The notes under the pieces were generated by a model. The model saw nothing but the letters and a program-made list of their open reading frames with translations. It searched no databases and had not been told where the DNA came from. 64,000 nucleotides of DNA, taken from Marsupella aquatica. Its lineage: Eukaryota; Plantae; Marchantiophyta. Position 1 is the first letter of the stretch. Each line of letters begins with the position of its first letter. The position numbers and the translations under genes were made by a program. Location of the stretch: the NCBI GenBank assembly GCA_973895155.1, contig OZ316898.1:2455927-2519926 (forward strand). Reading direction: 5' to 3'. This document shows positions 26,271-37,760 of the stretch, piece by piece.

Positions 26271-26560
26271 ACGATAGCGGAAGCTGTTTGGACATTACAC
26301 GATGGTGTTCAACCATTCAGTCTAATTTAGAAATCATGACGGTAGCGGAAGCTGTTTGGGCTCAACATGATGGTGTCCAGCCATTCACACGACTTTCAGA
26401 ATGATCACTGTAGCGGTTTCTTGCTCAACATAATGGTTTTCCACTATATATTCACACTAATTTAAGAATCATCATAGTAGCGGAAACTATGATGGTGTTC
26501 AATCATTCCGTCTAATTTAAGAAACATCGCCTACACACGGTGTTCAGCCGTTCAGTCTAA
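26271..26560. repeat. Degenerate ~68-bp minisatellite (4-5 units)
   Basis: TAGCGG anchors at 26275, 26343, 26411 and 26478, with shared ATGGTGTTCA..CATTC.GTCTAATTTA blocks. Confidence 0.8.
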
Positions 26561-27915
26561 AATAAAAACAATCTGTTCATGATCGCTTGCGCTTCAGAAC
26601 CAAGGTTTACACTTTTGACCTCGCACGAGGTTATTATATATCATCGAAACTCACAAATACAAAAGGAGACGTACACTGATCGCCTCGCAAAAAAGCTTCT
26701 CACCCCTACTATAGCTTTATTTCAATCACGCAGTTCTCACCCCTACTATAGCTTTTTTTCAATCACGCACGGGCTGTAGTCATTTGTAAAGCCTATTCTT
26801 TTGGAAACCTCTGTTGAGGATTGCTGGCAGGACGCTTGGCTAAAAGTAACACGTTGTACGGGGCATTTATGGAGGAGAGATCTCCATTGTTGATGGAGAC
26901 GATACAGCGTCAACACGACAAATTCGATATACTCCCCTACCATTGGCATCGTTTTCTGCGTGGATGCAAGAATCGCACACAGCGATTGACTACGAATTTC
27001 TCATCCGCTACTCGATTTCATCTTTCAAATTTCGGCTTCTATAGGAGGTACAGTTTGCAGATCCTTCGAGGAAGCATTACGGAACGCTTGTGTTCTCACC
27101 AAAGCAGATACCCCACATAAAGAAAATGGCTCTTGAGAAGCTCGCTGTTTGGCAGCATCTCATCTTATTGCAACGTTTTGGAGAAGGAAAATCGAGAACC
27201 GTTTTCCGAAATTTCCTTGTCGACCACTTCTAAAGGACACATTAAAATTACACTCTGGAGCACAATCCTTTCAGAAACCATGATCAAGCTTCTAAAGTGG
27301 GGAAGCGACGAACAGAAGCGGAACTATCCCGCTCAACTGTTTTATGCAGCTGATGCAATTTAAGACATCAGACTTGACTGCAGAATCTTTCCAACAGGAG
27401 TCGGGGATGATCAATCGATCAGGAACTCAAGGGATCCTTCGATCTGCTCCGAAAACTCGATCTTCACCTTCTGAAATGACGAAAATTTTCACACTTAGAT
27501 TGGAACCGCACATCACGCTTACCACTGTGTCTAATAAACTTCCAACCAAAATATTTTATAATTTTACTGCCAGACGAGGAAAGCTCCAGCCATAAAAAGT
27601 AGTACTACCTTTGACAGATCTATTTGTCAGGTCCATTAACTAAGTTGTTAGCTACTCTAAAAAGCAGTTCCTAAACTGAATATCTCACGATAGACTAAGA
27701 GCACCATTCTCAACTAGGGCACGCCAGTTGGTCTTCTGAGCACCCTCCCGATAGTTCTCTGCTAAGAGGAGTACCACCTATACTGCGGCTCGTTAGTAGA
27801 TGAGCAAAGGAGGGAACGGACCCTCAAAGGGATCATCTCCAAGAGACAGAAAAGACTAACCTTTCCGGGACGGTACTACAAAAGTCCGCAGTGACTGGAG
27901 GAATCGATGAGAGGA

Positions 27916-29592
27916 CTACGTAGTCGTCAAACTGGGTTTGAAGCCCACAACATTGAACATCAAACGAGGTAAACCAAGGCCTTCTTGCGGAACTCCGCTC
28001 ACTGCTCTGTTCTTCTCCATCCCCGGCGTCTGCAGCGCAAACTCGTTCCATTGATGTATCCTCGTCCATGTTTTGGACGAAAGAGTGTAAGCAATTAAAG
28101 CTGGACCCTGCAAATAATTGTACACGCTCTGGCCATAGAAAACCAGAAGCAAGACGTCTTCACACTGGAAGCAGCTCACTGGCAAAACGTTATTCTCAGC
28201 AAAGCTTTTTGGGTCAATATCTTCTAGCAACGAATCCGTATACTCAGGTGGTAAAATATTAGCTCGAGAGTATGGATCAATGTCCTCCATCACAGCATCC
28301 GGCATCCTGTCAAACAGCTCCCAGGACACATATGGAGAATCACCATAGCCGGGCTGTGTCCGCAGCTCATATATGTACAATCTGTGCATGAGCTCGTCCG
28401 TATATTCATCTCGTTCACATGTCGTCCCGGTCAGGAGCAAGCGCTCCTCGTGTATCAACAGTTTCTCGTGGACGAGCCAGCCGTTGACGTAGATTTCTCT
28501 GAGCGGAGTGCCAACCCTGCCCCACACGTCTTGTGCATGGTCATAGCTAATGACCCCATCTACGTGGGAGAGGATGTAGAGGATGCCATTGAAGTGCACT
28601 GCAGACCAATTCCCGGGTGCAATACTATCATCGTCAGGAGTGATCCCTCTCTTCACCCAAGTTCTTGTCCTGGAATCATAGACACTCAACACAATACCCG
28701 CTTTATTCCTGTTGGGCCTCCACGTGAGGCCTACCACAAAAACCAAGTAGCTAGATCCGCTCTCGTCGGTTGAGATAAGGACCTCCGTTCGCCCCACTCC
28801 CTGAGTCACCAGGTCAACTGGAGGCAGCATGCGGTAGGATCCCGTGAATGGATTAAAAACACAGAGAGTAGTCGTTCCATGGAGGGAATCTTGGCAAAAG
28901 TAAAGAATTAGGCCCCCGTCGGACGCAGCTGGATGGATTGCTAGCTGTATTGCCAAGACCTCCTCGCTAAGAGTCAGGAACGGGGGAGGACGAGGGGTGA
29001 AGCACTTCCACTTCCGTTGGAGAGCAAAGTCCGAGAAGGCCACGACCTGTTTTCCATCCGGATAGCCCATGAGGAAAGCACGGTCATGGAAATTCTCCAG
29101 CCACAAGGGCAGAAAGGAAGAGGAGGAGATGATGGAATTCCAGGACTTACAGACAGCTTGGGCCTGGTACAGGCTTTGGATGGGCAAGAGCTGAAGAAGT
29201 CTCTCACACACCTGCACTGGCAAGTCGGTCAATTTTGTGGTTGTCACATGTTGCTGCTGAAGCAGCCCTGTGTCCCGATGAGGACCATCCTGTCCCCCTT
29301 TAGTTTTCAAATTTCCAGCAGATGAAAAAGGCAAACGCACACCCCTCGAGATACATTCTTTTGAACACCTCTGATGTATGTTATCAGCATCTTCCTCACG
29401 AACAAGGTTCGTTCTTCCCACGGTCACAACCTCAACTTTATTTTCCCGAACTGTCTGTACATATTCTAATGAACACCTCTGCGTCAGCTGAACCACACCT
29501 TCATCAGAACCTTTCCTAGAACGCCAGTGAACCAAACGAGCCGCATCTCCGCACTCAAATTTCTTTTCTCCCATCGTAACCCTCCTTCCCAT
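27916..29592 (-). CDS. F-box protein with C-terminal kelch/FBA-like beta-propeller, intronless, ~558 aa from the first ATG
   Basis: Long ORF with F-box LTDLPVQVCERLLQLLPIQSLYQAQAVCKSWNSII, followed by AASDGGLILY, CVFNPFTGSYRMLPP, VYDSRTRTW, AVHFNGILY and AYTLSSKTW. The ORF track starts at TTG 29703; the first ATG is 29592 and the true start is uncertain. Confidence 0.88.
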   Translation of the reverse strand: MGRRVTMGEKKFECGDAARLVHWRSRKGSDEGVVQLTQRCSLEYVQTVRENKVEVVTVGRTNLVREEDADNIHQRCSKECISRGVRLPFSSAGNLKTKGGQDGPHRDTGLLQQQHVTTTKLTDLPVQVCERLLQLLPIQSLYQAQAVCKSWNSIISSSSFLPLWLENFHDRAFLMGYPDGKQVVAFSDFALQRKWKCFTPRPPPFLTLSEEVLAIQLAIHPAASDGGLILYFCQDSLHGTTTLCVFNPFTGSYRMLPPVDLVTQGVGRTEVLISTDESGSSYLVFVVGLTWRPNRNKAGIVLSVYDSRTRTWVKRGITPDDDSIAPGNWSAVHFNGILYILSHVDGVISYDHAQDVWGRVGTPLREIYVNGWLVHEKLLIHEERLLLTGTTCERDEYTDELMHRLYIYELRTQPGYGDSPYVSWELFDRMPDAVMEDIDPYSRANILPPEYTDSLLEDIDPKSFAENNVLPVSCFQCEDVLLLVFYGQSVYNYLQGPALIAYTLSSKTWTRIHQWNEFALQTPGMEKNRAVSGVPQEGLGLPRLMFNVVGFKPSLTTT

Positions 29593-31059
29593 GACCGCCA
29601 GCAATACCTTCTTTCTACCCTCTAAATCCAAATCTCTTCTTGAAACACTCTCCAACAGTTCGTCCGCTGTCACTTCAACCCTAATCCCTAAAATGACGCG
29701 CAAGCTGATGGCGCTCTCCCTCTCGCCCTCCTTTCACCGCTTTGTGCTGTGGAGGTCACGCAAACAGGGATCACAAGATGGGCACTCCATGGACAGAACT
29801 ACTTGGCTTGCTCAGGAACAGTCATCCTCCTGGTTTCCTGCACCGTCACGGCCACTGCTCTTTGACCACAGTATACTAAGAGTCCACTGGCAGTGATCGG
29901 CTGTGCCCTTGAAGGGTCCGACAGAACCGCTGCTCTTCGGATCTCTAGTACAAAATATTCTCACAAGCAAGACCTTCTCCCTCAGACCTGTATGCTAACA
30001 GGGCACACCTGCAGCAATCAGACCCCATCAGAGATGATTCATTTCAGCCTAGACCTTAAACGTCCGCGCTAAAGTGTCTCAGGAGAAGACCTGCTTCTCC
30101 TTTCTTCGGCCCTGTACGCTAAATCAGCCGCACAAGTAGCAATCAGACCCAGTCCCGCTCCGGACTAGATGATGTTTTCGATCTACAGAACTCATCCTCG
30201 CTCCGCGACCTCTGACCTCTCTGCTCCGCCAGTTCTGTATACTCACAAGGCCGCACAAGCAGTGATCTAATGTACCCTCCATCGATCACCCTGGTCACGA
30301 TTAGTAGCGTAAATACGCACTCACCGTCGCGCTTCTCTGTACTCGTCGTCGAGATCAACCCCTAGAGCTTCAACACCAGCAGCAATGCCAATTAATACGA
30401 CACGCAGTGGTCGGCTCCCATCCTTCAAGTGACTGAAATGAAGGAATTACTCTCAAAGCTTCCTAATCAGGAAAACAATTGATCTTCGACTCTCCTGAGG
30501 CTGGCAGAGAGAATTTGCTCTCATGCTCCCCTGAGTTTGCCAAGACCAATTTGCCAGGGAGATCTTGCCAGGGAGATCTCGCCTAACAATAGAAGGACTT
30601 GTCCTCCAGATCTCACACCATGAGCAGGCGCTCCTCTCGTTACCTCCACGGCCTTTGTAAACTAATGAACCCGCTCAAACAATGATCAGACTCCATGGCA
30701 GCAACGAGATCCCTCCTCAGCTACAGAAACACTGCTCCAACCCAACGACCACAATCCTCTCCTCTAAAAGACCCCGATCCACACGAACCATCGCAAATCC
30801 GACACCTTCAGCCCTCACCCGTCCACTCCCTCAATCGAAACAGTCCACGTCCACGCACATCAACGAAAATTGCAACCCCTAGGGCTCTACACAACACAAC
30901 ACCACGCACAACTCTACACCGGGAGTAGAGCACAAGCAATGGATCACGGCTGCCCAATAATCAATCCAAGAGAGCGGCAGAGCAGAGTGTACACGCCGAT
31001 CTTCACCACAACGAAGCAATTGGACCACGTAGCCAATCTCGTCCAGAACAGAACAGGGC

Positions 31060-31125
31060 AGAGAAGTGAAGAGACGAGACGAGACGAGAAGAGAAGAGAA
31101 GAGAAGAGGAGAGAAGAGGAGAGTC
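31060..31125 (-). repeat. (GAGAC)n(GAGAA)n microsatellite, probably in the 5' leader of the F-box gene
   Basis: Directly visible. It is CT-rich on the minus strand, downstream of a TTTATAAT element at ~31375-31382. Confidence 0.75.
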
Positions 31126-32399
31126 TCAGCTTCTGAAGCAATTGGCCTAATTGAGGGGTACCAGAGGAGAAAAGTCACAGCTCTCTCAGGAATTGGACCA
31201 AATCCTGAGAAGAAAGGAGGGCAGAGGAGTCAGTCACCGCTCCAAAGGCAGCTCCAAAGGAATTGGATTGCACTAGCACCACCACGCAACGCAACGCTCA
31301 AGGGACGTGAGGAGAGAGAATCACTGGTCCAAACGGGCCGATCAACAGAAGAGGAGAGCGGAGAGCTCGACTGGATTATAAAGCCCTCCGCACCTCCACC
31401 GCGTCCTCCTCCCTCCGCCTCTCCTCCTCCTGCTCCCCTGGAAAAAGCAAGCGTGGTCTCTCGATGCTCGTCCGACATGAATCGATGGACCGATCGACCC
31501 CTCTGCTCGATCATCGATCCAGATTGCGCTGCAGCTCACCTACTGTGTGGAGCAGTAGACGCATCTGGACAGCAGAGCAGGTGAACAGAGGAAACCTCGA
31601 GGGAAGGAATCAATCAATCAATCCGACACATAATCGATCAAGTCTCGTGTGAGAGCAAACGAGCAAACAACGATTATTACTACTTTGTCCCACAGGGGCT
31701 AAACAGAAGCCCCCATAGCCCTGACCACTTTTCTCAGCTCTCGGATAGACCCCAAATAAACCTTTCTCGTACTAAGATAGCATATCGTTTCGTACGGGAA
31801 ACAGCAACCTGATCCATCCGGGTTGCGAGGTTCTTGGGAGTGGTCCGTCCGAGAATTCCCGGATACGGTTTTGAGCACGTTTTATTTGAGTCTATCGGGG
31901 GCTGTGCCGCGTCACTCTTGACTGTATTCTGGAAAATGATACAAATCATGAAGTGGATGCTACGGTATTACATATTACGCACGTTTGGGAATGGAATGGT
32001 GGTGGTACCGTACTCCTAGACTAGTGTCCTGTCCACGCGGGGACGCGAAGGGGCATGGAACCGTAGCCGGAATCCCCCTCGTCCGCGCACTCACCTAACT
32101 GTAGCGGCAGAGTCGCCAGACGCGCCTTGTCATGCTTGCTCATGTGACGCTCGTGGTCGTGTGCGTGGGTTTTGCTTGTCATGTCTGGCCCCAGGTCTCA
32201 CACGGACTTTTAATAATTTGGGGAAAATTGTATAAATTACAAAATGATCTCCCATGGACCGTAGACAAAAATCACAATTGGGGGATGGACCAATTGGGAA
32301 TTTTTTTTGTCACATTATGAGTACAATGGGGTCCATCTGAGTTACAAAAATCCACGGGAACATTTTGACAAACCTACGGTCTATGAGGGCTTAATTTTG

Positions 32400-32540
32400 A
32401 CCCAAATGCAGATGCCAAACTTGCACAAATAGGCAGTGCCCGAGTGCTTTGAAATATTAAAAACTAAACCTACCCAAATGCAGGTGCCAAATTTGCACAA
32501 ATAGGCAGTGCCCTACGGTAGTGCTTTGAAATATTAACAA
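32400..32540. repeat. ~73-bp tandem duplication
   Basis: CCCAAATGCAG.TGCCAAA.TTGCACAAATAGGCAGTGCCC...AGTGCTTTGAAATATTAA occurs twice. Confidence 0.85.
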
Positions 32541-32545
32541 TCAAT

Positions 32546-32936
32546 TGACTTTGGTCAGTCAGCTAGGGGATTGGCCTGAACTAAGTGGTAGAGATTCAAT
32601 CCCCCTCCACACATAGGGATGTGGAGGGTATATGGGTGTGAGTGGGATGAGTTTTGTGGATAATGAATAGGAGATCTGATTATCTATTTCTTGGTTACCC
32701 ACTTTGTGACCCAGATTTAATACTCTTCCTCCTGGTGCCTGTCTTGTCCTATCTAGGGCTCACCCTGAAATGAGTTCATTACAATGAAATGAATGAATGT
32801 ACATCACTATTAGGGTCCAGGGAGTCTACTAGGGTACACTGTGATATGAGTTCCCTACAATGAATGTATATCATTACTGGGGTGAGGGGGGTCTACCTGG
32901 TGTACTTACTCATTTCCCTTCAAGACCAAAAAAAAA
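32546..32936 (+). mobile_element. SINE-like retroposon, copy 1
   Basis: B-box-like GATTCAATCC (~32592) and a terminal A9 run (~32928-32936). Shares GTGGAGGGTAT, TGATTATCT and GTG.CCC.G.TTTAAT blocks with 42830-43040. Confidence 0.5.
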
Positions 32937-33049
32937 GGTTTGTAGCTAGCCCAATGTATTCTATTTGTATAGTATATCACATGATCAAGTATTAGGGATC
33001 TCTAATATGTAACTTTGAAAGAAAAAGAAAAAACATTTGTTTACAAATT

Positions 33050-34450
33050 TAAAAGAAGGAATAAAATCCAACTATCCATATATTGTAGATTTCTGTAGTC
33101 CTGTTGGATTCTGTGCCTTGGGGTGCCCAAGCAAGACCTATTATTTTGAGAGTGGATTTTGAAAGGAAGGAATCAAATCCAACCATCAAAAATATTGTAG
33201 ATTTTTTTGGTCACTTGGATTGTGTGCAAGTGGGTGCCGTAGGAGTACCTAGTACATTGGGAGTGAGCTATGTACAATAGACTATTAGGAGATGTGTTTT
33301 TTCACACTATATATTACACTATATATTGTATTGTGTACATGGGATGCCCAAGTCCAGTTATCTTGGGAGGGAGCTATCTCCAATTGGCTAGTAGGGCATG
33401 TGGTAAATATGCAAATTTATATCATCTTGCGATAATGATAATAATCAATGAATGCGTAACAACCTATACCACCTAGATGCTTTACTCTACATGAGGCACA
33501 CATATAAAACATGGGTGGGAGGCTTCTGATTGGGAGAAGAGATGTATTATTGTTTAGATTTTCTTTTTATCTTTTCTTTGTATTCACAATGTTTGCTATC
33601 TTGTTTATAATAGTGTTTTGGGGATAGGGGTGGTATTGTTTTTGGTTTTTCGTTTGGATTACAACTTCATGGGGCCAAGCTCACCCTTGCCCACACCTTC
33701 CCACATCTCCTATTTTTAAAAGGTGATTGGACATTTCTTTTTCCATTTGTGAATGCATGCAAATTATTGTGGCAGGGTGATACGTGTTGCACATTGCTTC
33801 TTTTTGGCCCTTATTTGAACTTTACTAATCTTTGTCTCTCGTTTTATATTATTTCCATCACCCATGTATGTTGGTGATGTAAATAAATTCTACATCATAC
33901 AGTTTTGCACTTCCCTGCACTCTTGCCCTCCCAAACCTCACTTTTGCAAAAATAACCAAAATGAGAGCATTGCTGCACTGATAACCATGCACACATCCAA
34001 AATGACATTTTTGCAACCATAACATGACTATACAGATGACACAGCTGGAACGACAACATTTTTGCAACAATCACACAGCCGCAATGATAACCCAGGTGAA
34101 CTACAATTGAGTTTCGCAACCATGACACAACCGCATGACAACCCAGCCACAAGATCATCTAGAAGCCTGACTCATTGGTGATTTTGGCTGCTTGGGTATA
34201 TTTGATTTCCTCCATGACACTCCTTTTTCTCGATGGCTTCCTCCATGAGTTCTTTTGCATGACTGTATATTTAACCAAAGACATCATTCTTTTAAGCAAC
34301 ATAATTTATGCATTGGCATCTTTGCACAATAACATCATGTGCACAGTGGTATCATTGACACAATGATAACTTTTACAATGATATCCTTTACAAATGGACA
34401 TTTCCTTTTACAATGATATCCTTCTAAGCAATCCATGGGTATTGAGTTAC
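33050..34450. repeat. Dispersed repeat (transposon relic), copy 2 of 2430-3450
   Basis: See copy 1. Same orientation, boundaries approximate. Confidence 0.7.
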
Positions 34451-35559
34451 TTGTCTATAATTAGTAGGTTAAACAACAATGTCATCAAGCATAATTGTTG
34501 ATTAAATGACCACTACTGATAGACAGCATGCATATGTGTAACACCCAGCCAACACACAATAGTTGACAAAGAGAACATGGGTCAATATCTATCTTAACTG
34601 TGGAACCCTTTAGATTGTTAGTGCTTTCCGGATGTGCCCGATTCTGTGTCTCTCTTGAGCTGAGTCTGTGCTCTAGGTTGTCCTGTCTTTTGAACTTTTA
34701 ATGTCAAACAAATACTGCAGTTGAGATCCAAGAAACCAATATTTAACTGGATAATATTTGTTTGGGGAAAAAGTAGTCAATTCCTTATCATTTTGCCAAA
34801 CATCAAAATTTGAAAAGAAGGAAAAAAATGTTCTCTAAATCTACTACTTTGAAGAAGAAGTGCTGTGCTTTGGCTTTGTTTCTCTTCTACGTTAATCTAA
34901 ATTCATTACAATACTGCAAAGACTAATGGAAAACCAATGAGATAATATATTAAGAGAATTCACATGCTGTGCAATAATGTCAAATTGGATAAGACTTGCG
35001 CCAGAATTATATGGGGAGACAGGAGGCAATTTTGAATAAAAGCCAACCAGAATTATGTGGTGAGAGAAGAAAGGAAATTATGGAGAAGAGAAAAATAGAA
35101 TCATGCTATGGATAAACAGTCAAGGTAGATTAAGAGCTAAGCAGAATCATGTGCCAGTGGTGCAAGAGTAAATCATTTTGAATTGACTGAAACAGAATCA
35201 TTTGATGAGAGAAAGCGTGGATAAGAGGAAACCTTCTTTTACTTTCCCCCAACTAGTGTTAACCTGCCCCAAAACTAATTTCAACATCAGGTTGCCTCTC
35301 GCCCCTCGCCCCTCACCCCTCCCATTTTGAATATGGTTGGTTTAACTCAACTATACTAACTGGAGATGACATGTGATTGGTTCACAGACTTATGTAGGCT
35401 CGTGATTTTCCCATGCTAACCCCTCCAACTGTACCTTTATCCTGGACCATGTTTCCCTATCCTACACTCGCCAGAACGTGGTGTCAACTAATGTCTAAGA
35501 GCAAAAACTATCACTTGTGAGATGTGTTGTTAGTCTGTTTGCAGGGTAGGGGAATGATC

Positions 35560-36090
35560 TGCAATTGTTCAAGGGCGGTCTAGAGTTGCTTGCCTTTCTT
35601 GTTAGATCTGGAAATAGCCACCGTGGATTGCAGGTGAGTTTCTGTGTGGCAAAGGACCAACCAGCCAGGGACTCACCCAAGAAATTGAGAGTAACTAGCT
35701 TTGTTCCTCTCCTTCCAGATGCTAGTGCACATTTCCATCAACAGGATCAGTTGCCTGGGTTCCGCTTATGTTTCTGAATCCCAGCCATGATGGCCTCAAA
35801 TCTTGCCTCAAATAGTGAGCTGTTGGGACACCTAGGGTGGTGGAGCCCTGCACCAGATGTTGCACCTACCTCCATCTCTAAGTCACTTTGCTACAACTAA
35901 AAAACAGAAGTTCAGTGCGAGGTTCAGTGTGCTCAAAGCTGGACTTGCAGCAGGAGCAGATGCTATCACATACCCACCAGTGGCTCCCCTTGCCACTGGT
36001 GAAGAAACCGTGAGTGAGTAGGTGCCACAGGAAGACCTGCACCTTGGGCAGCTACCAGCCACCGCAAATCTCCCCACATCATCCCAGTTC
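35560..36090 (-). mobile_element. L1-clade LINE fragment (C-terminal zf-RVT region of ORF2), degenerate
   Basis: Minus strand reads LPKVQVFLWHLLTHGFFT...WVCDSICSCCKSSFEHTE...LLFFSC..RW and, after a frameshift, LILLMEMCTSIWKERN (35703-35720). These are hallmark plant LINE motifs. Stops present. Confidence 0.85.
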
Positions 36091-37411
36091 AGTCTAAAAC
36101 TTGCATTCCTTAGTACATAGTAACCTGATCATTATGGGCCATAATGCCACCCCAAAATGAAGGTTTTAGCTCAAGTTTCCCTTGTGGGCTCATAATGCCC
36201 TTGTGAAGGGGTTGTATACACCATATGGTAAAGTTCTGTTTACAGGGCATTAATGTGGGATATAAGGCCCTGAAAAACAAGAGCTTCAAGTCAAGTTTGA
36301 CAGGCTACTACTGCCCATAATGCTTCGGGAACTGACCTTCCCACTGACCTTAATCCACTCAAAGCCTTAGAGAATTTTGTGTTTACTAGTGTTAGTAAGA
36401 GTAGCGGAGAATTATCATAATGAGTTGCATTCTTCTCTATAAATGCCCTCAAAATTTCATAGAGAAAACTGTTGGAGGGAAATAAGGCCTAGGAGAATTT
36501 TTACTTTTACTATTTGTAGTAAATACCCTGGTCATATCTGGAATGTGAATTCTTCCTCATAAAAACACTTAAAACTACAAAGAGAAAAATCGCTAATCAT
36601 ATTAAATACTAAAGAGAGTGCTCTTTTGGCGTCTACCACCTCAGCTCTTAGGTTGTCAAGCGGCTCAGGCTCCAAGTCCTGGTTTCATGAGTATTATTCC
36701 CCTTTTCATGGGCTACCCCTGATTTGTATCACTGGAGACCAAAGCAAAGATAAAATATGAAGTGCCTCGCACTTTCTCAAACAGTCATTTTTGCAGATTC
36801 CCTTCTCCAGCCTTCGGTTGTCCTCTCTGATGTCACTGAGGTATGTGACAAAAAGCTTGGTACAACATGCCCCCACCAGCTTTCAATCAAATGGGTGTCA
36901 CACATTGGAAGGAACCTTTACTAGTGATGGCATTTTTGGCCACAACAACCATTCACATGGTTGAAATACACTCATGCCAAGGTCACGATGGTAACAATAG
37001 TGCCATCCGGTTCGAGCAATAAAGAAATAAAAGTTTGTGCCTGATTGACAAAATGTTTTAGAGTGCTTGTGAAACCTCAAAATAATTGTGTGATGTAAAT
37101 GTATAACATTACCTAATAATCATATTTTGGCATTGCCTCATTTCCTGGAATAAATAAATACTTAATATTTTGTGCAGGTATACAAACTGGGATGGCATAA
37201 GGCTGTCTTCCATGAAGCATTGCCTCAGGATATTTTTAAATGGCTTTTGGGACAAAATATAGATTTTTAGTAAAGCATCAATTAACATTGCCTCGGCGAT
37301 GTCTTCAAAGTGGGGTTTGGAAAAATTTGGACTTTCCATTTGAAATGAAATGGTGTGATAAAAAAACAGAACTGGACAGAGGCATGTTTTGAACTCAACT
37401 TCAGTGTAAAC

Positions 37412-37760
37412 TGTTAGGCTTATATTCTTAGGTCTAGAGTTATGATTATAGTTGTAATTAGGCTAACCGTAGTTGTATATTTGGTTAAGTTAGCTGTGTC
37501 CCATCCTAGATACTTAAGTAGTGTTTGCTTGTGCAATAGGAACTCAGCCCCATTATTATGGAAACACTTGAGAGATAGAGAGAACTTGTGTTGCAGAGAC
37601 TTGGTATGACCAACAGGTCTAAAGTGCAATAAAGTTTTTGTGTTTTCCTCTGGACATAATCTCATTGAAGATAACACACATATCTCTCTGTGACTCTGTA
37701 GACTACTTGTTTGTAGGATGGTCACCTGCGTGCCTTTGCTGGTCAAGTCTTTTCTCAAGA
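37412..37760 (+). mobile_element. Degenerate solo LTR, same family as 11203-11546
   Basis: Starts TGTTAG. Shares TTGAGAGATAG.GAGA.CTTGTG, TTGGTATG.CC, CTA.AGTGCA.TAAAG and TATCTCTCTGTG with the first LTR. Ends TCAAGA; TSD decayed (TAAAC / TAACT). Confidence 0.75.

Noticed and set aside
26821-27363. Two same-frame plus-strand ORFs separated by one stop
   Set aside because: No motif recognised, and the region is probably the 3' UTR of the minus-strand F-box gene.
31066-31584. 172-aa plus-strand ORF
   Set aside because: GTG start, built from microsatellite and GC-rich promoter sequence.
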